This document shows positions 27,335 through 32,941 of a stretch of DNA of 32,941 nucleotides, piece by piece; position 1 is the first letter of the stretch; the number at the start of each line of letters is the position of its first letter. The notes beneath the pieces are model-generated. The model saw only the letters and a program-made list of their open reading frames with translations. It did not search any database and was not told the origin of the DNA. Origin of the DNA: Candidatus Planktophila sp. (GTDB taxonomy: Bacteria; Actinomycetota; Actinomycetes; Nanopelagicales; Nanopelagicaceae). The stretch is from assembly GCA_044369465.1 (NCBI GenBank), contig JBILXG010000001.1:1-32941 (forward strand). The letters are read 5' to 3'. Made by a program: the position numbers and the translations under genes.

Positions 27335-29344
27335 ATGAGCGACCTGGCGGCGAAAACGCGAGCAGCACTTGATGCAGCCGTTGCCGCAATTGGCGGCGCA
27401 CCGCGTAAGGGTCAGATTGAGATGGCAGAGGCGGTCTCTAGTGCACTCACTGATCGGCATCACCTGATGGTTCAAGCTGGTACAGGTACTGGAAAATCAC
27501 TCGCCTATTTAATCCCGGCACTTGTCCATGGTCGCAAAGTATTAGTTGCTACAGCAACGCTTGCGCTTCAACGTCAATTAGTCGAGCGAGATTTGCCAGC
27601 AGTGGTTCCAGCGCTTGAGAAAGAACTTGGTCGCGAGATCACCTACGCAATTTATAAAGGTGTAGGCAATTACATCTGCTTGCAGAAGATGAATAGCGAA
27701 GAAGTGGATCCAGATAATGAACTTGTATTAGAGACTTCGTATCTGGAAAAGGATGCGAAGCGACTGATTGCATGGGCAAAATCCAAAGGTGCAACGGGAG
27801 ATCGTGATGATGCCCCAGATGTAGATCGACGTGTCTGGCTGGCTAATTCAACATCAGGGCGCGAATGTGTAGGAGCCGATAATTGTGCTTATGGCTCACA
27901 ATGCTTTGCCGTAAACGCAAAAGCAAAGGCGCAACTTGCAGATGTAGTCGTAACAAATCACACCCTGCTTGCTATTGAAATTGTTGATTCACATCCCATT
28001 TTGCCTGAGCGCGATGCTGTGATTTTGGATGAGGCACACGAATTTATGGATCGCACGACGCAAGCCGTGACCGAAGAACTCACATCAGGTCGTGTGCAAC
28101 GTGCTGCCGCGATGGCGCGCAAACATATGCCGGGCAAACTCAGTGATGCCTTTACAAAGGCTGCCGATGATTTCCATGATGCCATGGCTGATTACGGCGA
28201 TACCGTCAAAGGTGATTTTGCAGCGCTCGGTCGACTAGAAGAGATTCCGAGTATTTTAGAAGCCCCAGTACGCAAGATTCGTGAAGCCGGTGCTGCAATA
28301 ACTGATGCCTTGCGCGCAGATGAAGAGATTATTGATCCAGATGGGATTGCAGAGCGGGCACGTGTCAAAGGTGCCGTTACAGAGATCACGACAACGGTCG
28401 GCAAGTTGTTAAAGATGGGCTCATCACACGTGCTCTGGTATGAACCCACCTTCTCTTCCCTTTATTTAGCGCCGCTATCAGTCTCTGAAGTACTCCGCGA
28501 GAATTTGTTAACGAAGACCCCAGTCATTGCAACATCTGCCACTCTCACCGTCGGCAGCGGCTTTGATGCGATGGCACGTTCACTTGGATTTCTGACAGCT
28601 GGTGTGAGCAGCGAAGATGAGAGCGAAGATGAAGAAGGTGAGATTGATCCTTCTAATTTCCAGACACTTGATGTGGGCTCTCCTTTTGATTTTGCAGCAC
28701 AAGGTGTTCTCTATCTTCCGAAGCATCTTCCTGAACCTGGTCGAGATGGTCCAAGTAAAGAAGTACTGACCGAACTCGGTGAACTCATCGACGCAGCAGG
28801 CGGTCGCACCTTGGCCCTCTTTAGTTCATGGCGCGGGGTAGAGGCAGCGGATGCGCATCTTCGTGATGTCTTAAAAGAACTTCCGATAACAATCATTACG
28901 CAAAAGCGAGGGGATGCTGTTGGGCCGCTCGTTGAACGTTTTGCTAAGGATGAAACATCAATCTTGCTCGGCACCATGTCACTCTGGCAGGGCGTAGATG
29001 TTCCAGGTAATTCCTGCATCTTGGTAGCTATCGATCGCATTCCATTCCCACGCCCCGATGAACCTGTGATGGCTGCGCGTTCATCACAAGCAGATGCTGC
29101 AGGCGGTAGCGGATTTATGCAGGTATCAATGCCACGTGCAGCGCTCTTACTCGCACAGGGCACTGGACGCTTGATTCGAAGCGTTGACGATCGTGGAGTT
29201 GTCGCAATACTTGATTCGCGCATTGTCACTAAGCGATATGGAAGCGTGCTTCTCAATTCAATGCCGCCACTGTGGCGAACATCAGATCAATCCGTTGTGA
29301 GAGATTCATTAGAAAGGTTGAGCCAAGGATTTTCTGAGAATTAA
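27335..29344 (+). CDS. dinG: DinG/YoaA-family ATP-dependent DNA helicase
   Basis: QAGTGTGKS, four Fe-S Cys, DEAH, SATL, GVDVPG and QGTGRLIR. A leaderless -10 (TAAGGT) lies at 27323-27328. Confidence 0.93.
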   Translation: MSDLAAKTRAALDAAVAAIGGAPRKGQIEMAEAVSSALTDRHHLMVQAGTGTGKSLAYLIPALVHGRKVLVATATLALQRQLVERDLPAVVPALEKELGREITYAIYKGVGNYICLQKMNSEEVDPDNELVLETSYLEKDAKRLIAWAKSKGATGDRDDAPDVDRRVWLANSTSGRECVGADNCAYGSQCFAVNAKAKAQLADVVVTNHTLLAIEIVDSHPILPERDAVILDEAHEFMDRTTQAVTEELTSGRVQRAAAMARKHMPGKLSDAFTKAADDFHDAMADYGDTVKGDFAALGRLEEIPSILEAPVRKIREAGAAITDALRADEEIIDPDGIAERARVKGAVTEITTTVGKLLKMGSSHVLWYEPTFSSLYLAPLSVSEVLRENLLTKTPVIATSATLTVGSGFDAMARSLGFLTAGVSSEDESEDEEGEIDPSNFQTLDVGSPFDFAAQGVLYLPKHLPEPGRDGPSKEVLTELGELIDAAGGRTLALFSSWRGVEAADAHLRDVLKELPITIITQKRGDAVGPLVERFAKDETSILLGTMSLWQGVDVPGNSCILVAIDRIPFPRPDEPVMAARSSQADAAGGSGFMQVSMPRAALLLAQGTGRLIRSVDDRGVVAILDSRIVTKRYGSVLLNSMPPLWRTSDQSVVRDSLERLSQGFSEN

Positions 29345-29815
29345 TCAAAGGGATTCAAGCATCACTTTCAGGTCAGACCACGTCTTTGCAAAACTTGGAT
29401 GCAGCGCCAAGAGCGTGACTTCATCCACGGGTACCCAGCGCATCTCCTGGCTCTCATCGTTGGGGGAGTCAGCAGATAGTCGTTTATCTGCAGCGGCAAG
29501 TACGGTGTCATATCGCCAATCGCCATGATCATCACTAAAGAGGGCTAGCGGATTTAGATGTTCTGGGCTAATTCCAGTCTCTTCATTTGCTTCGCGCAGG
29601 GCAGCTTGGGTAATACTTTCATGTGAATCTCTAGCACCACCTGGGATTCCCCAGGTATCGCCGTTATGAACCCACGGTGCGCGATGTTGCAGAAAAATCT
29701 CGCGTCCACCTGAAATGCTTTCGCGAAAAATTAAAATTCCAGCAGCGCCAAATTTTCCCCAGTGCTTGCTTCCGCATTGGCATTGGATCCATCCATCTCC
29801 ATCGCGGGCTGCCAT
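29345..29815 (-). CDS. NUDIX hydrolase
   Basis: Nudix box GGARDSHESITQAALREANEETG. Confidence 0.9.
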   Translation of the reverse strand: MAARDGDGWIQCQCGSKHWGKFGAAGILIFRESISGGREIFLQHRAPWVHNGDTWGIPGGARDSHESITQAALREANEETGISPEHLNPLALFSDDHGDWRYDTVLAAADKRLSADSPNDESQEMRWVPVDEVTLLALHPSFAKTWSDLKVMLESL

Positions 29816-29895
29816 GTACCTAGATTGCCATATCCATCCACAGAGCGCTCAACTCATAGCTCCCGTGGTCACCCTTAACTTCTACCTTGCCCCAC

Positions 29896-30636
29896 ATGAA
29901 ACTCACTCAGATCATCCTCATCTCAATTCTCGTCACCACCGCTTCAGTAAATACTCCATCGGCACAAGCAGAAGAGTGCCAGGTCAGCGCATGTGTTGAT
30001 GTCTATACCCAAGATGGCAAGATCATTATCGAAGGTCGCAAAGGTGGAACAACAGCCGTTACACCGAAACCTCCCGTCAAAGTAATTCCAAAGAAGGTAG
30101 CGCCAAAGAAGATTGCACCACCGCCGGTAAAGAAGACAGTGGCACCGCCTAAACCAAAACCGACTACAAAAGCGATTCCGAAGAAGAGCACACCAACTCC
30201 ACAACCTCCAGTGACTCAGAGTGCATCTCTCAACGACCGCCTCATCAAGGCGTTACCTACTGCTGGAATTGCCTACCAACCAGAGTATGAACCACTTGTC
30301 GGAGTTCCAGTATTTATGTGGACAGATTTGCCGACATCATTTATGACACAGGTGAAGATCGTTGGCGAGATTGTTGATGTTGCACTTCGGCCAAGTTTTA
30401 CCTGGTCTTTTGGAGATGGAACATTTCTTTCGACAACCGATGTCGGCGCACCATTTCCTGATGGAAAGATCACTCACACATACTCAAATCCAGGTACTTA
30501 TCTCATCACTTTGATTAGTACCTGGAATGGCACATATACACATAACGCACAGACTCGTGCCATCACCGGAACCGTCAAGACAACTTCGATTGTCACGATC
30601 ACAGTTGTTAATTCCCCGACCCGTTTTAAGAATTGA
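29896..30636 (+). CDS. Secreted protein with Pro/Lys-rich linker and C-terminal PKD-like domain
   Basis: Signal peptide ending AQA and WSFGDG...HTYSNPGTY motif. Start ATG 29896 lies 7 nt after TACCTT. Confidence 0.8.
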   Translation: MKLTQIILISILVTTASVNTPSAQAEECQVSACVDVYTQDGKIIIEGRKGGTTAVTPKPPVKVIPKKVAPKKIAPPPVKKTVAPPKPKPTTKAIPKKSTPTPQPPVTQSASLNDRLIKALPTAGIAYQPEYEPLVGVPVFMWTDLPTSFMTQVKIVGEIVDVALRPSFTWSFGDGTFLSTTDVGAPFPDGKITHTYSNPGTYLITLISTWNGTYTHNAQTRAITGTVKTTSIVTITVVNSPTRFKN

Positions 30637-30642
30637 GAAGGC

Positions 30643-31635
30643 ATGACAACACTTACAAGTCCGCACGATCTTCTTGCAGCAATTCCATTTCTGATTGGCT
30701 ACCACCCCATTGACTCACTGGTTCTGGTCTCAATCAAAGAAGATTGCGTCGGAATGGCGATGCGCATTGATTACCCGATAGATCAGAGCGAGGTTGCATT
30801 CGATCTCTGCGCCAGTCATATCAGCGCCGAGGAGGCAGAAGGTGCGCTGATCGTTGCTTATCAACCGCACGGCAGAAGTGATGGCGAACAAGTTCTCGCA
30901 CAGACAACTGCCGCGCTATCACGAGCTGGAATTGCCATCTATGAATCGATTCTGATTGCAGATGGTTCCTACCGATCAGTCCTCTGTCATGACATTACAT
31001 GTTGTCCGATAGAAGGCCGCCCTGTTCCACCGCTTGATTCTTCGCGCATCGCACTCGAAAGCGTTGTTGCGGGCCACCCGATGCCCTTTGCAACATTCGC
31101 TGATTTAGGTGCATCGGTGCGTTCAAATCTCTTGGCACAGGAAGAGCAATGGTTGGAGCGCGTGCAGAAGTCATATGTCGATCCCGCAGATAGCGATCTC
31201 AATAATCTGCAACGAGATGGAGCCACTGCTGTTATTGATCTCGCAAATGATTTCATCGCACATGGCATCTCTACCGATCAAGATTTGATCGCGCACGTAC
31301 TCGGTCGGTTGAGCGATATTCAAGTACGCGACTTTGCACTTGGTAGCCACGATGGAGAAAGCGCCGATGGATATCGATCTATGTGGATGCATTTGCTGCG
31401 CTCGGCCCCACCAGGATTTGTAGCCCCGGTCGCTTGTCTTGCAGCAGCGATTGCCTATGAATATGGCGATGGCGCACTTGCTCGCGCGGCGCTGGATCGA
31501 GCATTTGCTGATGCTCCAACCTATTCGCTGGCACTCTTGCTGCAACGGGTATTTAGCGCAGGGTGGCCGCCACAATCCTTTGCTCAGATGCGCAGCGAGC
31601 TTCATCCCAAAGTCTGTGCAGCAATCTTCGGCTAG
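30643..31635 (+). CDS. DUF4192 family protein
   Basis: P.DLLAAIPFLIGYHP.DSLV, VRD, W..L.R and GDGALAR.ALDRA...P.YSLA.LL motifs. Confidence 0.85.
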   Translation: MTTLTSPHDLLAAIPFLIGYHPIDSLVLVSIKEDCVGMAMRIDYPIDQSEVAFDLCASHISAEEAEGALIVAYQPHGRSDGEQVLAQTTAALSRAGIAIYESILIADGSYRSVLCHDITCCPIEGRPVPPLDSSRIALESVVAGHPMPFATFADLGASVRSNLLAQEEQWLERVQKSYVDPADSDLNNLQRDGATAVIDLANDFIAHGISTDQDLIAHVLGRLSDIQVRDFALGSHDGESADGYRSMWMHLLRSAPPGFVAPVACLAAAIAYEYGDGALARAALDRAFADAPTYSLALLLQRVFSAGWPPQSFAQMRSELHPKVCAAIFG

Positions 31636-31670
31636 TTGCATCACTACCGCGGTGGGTTAAGATATGTCTA

Positions 31671-31797
31671 GGTCACGAGTTCTAGATCGGTTGCTCTTTG
31701 CGGTAACCAAAGCCCCGGCTTCCTAGACGGCAACCCTCCACCGCGGTGGGGTGCTCCCGGGTGACGACCAGGCACAGTCTGATCTGTGCAAGTGCGT
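31671..31797 (+). ncRNA. SAM-IV riboswitch
   Basis: Matches remembered SAM-IV core elements GGTCA.GAG, GCCCCGGC, CGGCAACCCTCC, GGGGTGC, CCGGGTGA.GACC and GCAAG.GCG; sits directly upstream of metX. Confidence 0.88.
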
Positions 31798-31809
31798 GAA
31801 GGAATTCTC

Positions 31810-32904
31810 ATGAGTGCTCTACCGATCAAACAAGTTCTCACTAGCGATGTCACTGGTGCATGGCTTGAAAGTTACGATCCTGGTGATCGCAAATTTATCA
31901 AGATTGGATTTCTCCTTTTAGAAAATGGTCAGACCCTCGTCGATGTCACTATCGCCTATCAAACATGGGGAACTCTTAACGCTGCTGGCGATAATGCAAT
32001 TCTGATTCAGCATGCAATGACAGGGTGGTCAGATGTTCCCGGCTGGTGGCCCAATATGGTGGGACCAGGACTTGCCTTTGATACAGATAAATACTTCATC
32101 GTCTGCCCTAATGTCATCGGCGGATGCCAGGGAAGTACGGGACCATCAAGTATTGCTCCAGATGGAAAACGTTACGGATCTCGCTTTCCTGCCATCACAA
32201 TCCGCGACATGGTCGCAGCCGAGATAGCTTTCTCTGATGCAATCGGAATTAAGAAATATAAATTAGCTGTCGGCCCATCACTGGGTGGCATGCGTTCGCT
32301 GGAGTGGGCGGTAACTCACCCAGATCGAGTGGAATCGATCTGCACGATCGGATCCTCCGCCGTTGCAACCGGTGATCAGATCGGAACCGCATCGATTCAA
32401 ATTCGTGCGATCAAGAGCGATCCGCACTTTCACAATGGTGATTACTACGAACACGATCGTGGCCCGATTGCAGGTATGGGAATCGCCCGCAGAATTGCCC
32501 ATCTGACATACCGAACTGAGTCCGAGATGGATGTGCGCTTTGGCCGCGAGCTACAGGGCGATGAGACTGGTCGATTTGCCGTTGAGTCCTACCTTGATCA
32601 TCAGGCAGACAAGCTGGCTAAGCGCTTTGATGCCAATACCTATATCGCGCTGACCGAGGCGATGAATTCACACGACATCGGCTTCAACCGTGGAGGAGTG
32701 GTTGAGGCTTTACGCGCGATTACTATTCCGGTGCTCGTAGTCTCCATCGATACCGACCGACTTTTCCCACCTCGACTTCAGGTTGAGATCGCCGATCTGG
32801 TTCCGAAGGCAAAAAAGTTGGTAACAATTTCGTCAGATTTCGGCCACGACGGCTTTTTGGTCGAATCTGAGGCGATGTCGGCGGCAATTCGCGGTATAAT
32901 ATAG
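31810..32904 (+). CDS. metX: Homoserine O-acetyltransferase
   Basis: YQTWG.LN, NVIGGCQGSTGP, nucleophile elbow GPSLGGM, RFDANTY and GHDGFLVE. ATG 31810 follows RBS GAAGGA. Confidence 0.93.
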   Translation: MSALPIKQVLTSDVTGAWLESYDPGDRKFIKIGFLLLENGQTLVDVTIAYQTWGTLNAAGDNAILIQHAMTGWSDVPGWWPNMVGPGLAFDTDKYFIVCPNVIGGCQGSTGPSSIAPDGKRYGSRFPAITIRDMVAAEIAFSDAIGIKKYKLAVGPSLGGMRSLEWAVTHPDRVESICTIGSSAVATGDQIGTASIQIRAIKSDPHFHNGDYYEHDRGPIAGMGIARRIAHLTYRTESEMDVRFGRELQGDETGRFAVESYLDHQADKLAKRFDANTYIALTEAMNSHDIGFNRGGVVEALRAITIPVLVVSIDTDRLFPPRLQVEIADLVPKAKKLVTISSDFGHDGFLVESEAMSAAIRGII

Positions 32905-32941
32905 CCATCACTTCGATCGGCTTTAAGAAAAGAATTTCTTA

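Noticed and set aside
28606-28650. Acidic SSEDESEDEEGE segment in DinG as a possible insertion element or intein
   Set aside because: It is a short low-complexity loop with no intein or mobile-element motifs.
31646-31750. ACCGCGGTGGG occurring both in the metX promoter spacer and inside the riboswitch
   Set aside because: It is a short GC-rich match, and the first copy probably lies upstream of the transcription start; no supportable function.

Overview
This is a compact, roughly 50% GC actinobacterial window. Gene content (DUF4192, SAM-IV riboswitch, leaderless genes) and minimal intergenic spacing suggest a streamlined freshwater acI/Nanopelagicales-like organism; that assignment is inference only. 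Bases ~900-27240 form a sugar/sugar-acid catabolic island. It holds a GntR-FCD regulator, an ABC sugar transporter with no ATPase gene, and candidates for every step of the non-phosphorylative L-fucose-type pathway (mutarotase, aldose dehydrogenase, lactonase, L-fuconate dehydratase, SDR, FAH hydrolase, L-lactate dehydrogenase), plus ppdK and glycerate kinase. Several parts are not explained by that pathway: a ~656-aa protein of unknown function, two enolase-superfamily enzymes with a KxH motif, and an operon coupling a class III CoA-transferase, two MaoC hotdog proteins, a signal-peptide-less solute-binding-fold protein, an esterase and an RraA/HMG aldolase. A 12-bp palindrome (ATCCTATAGGAT and variants) occurs five times upstream of the island's transcription units and probably defines one regulon. 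From 27335 the window looks like core genome: dinG, NUDIX, a PKD-like protein, DUF4192, a SAM-IV riboswitch and metX. The window opens inside a Pro-rich repeat protein.
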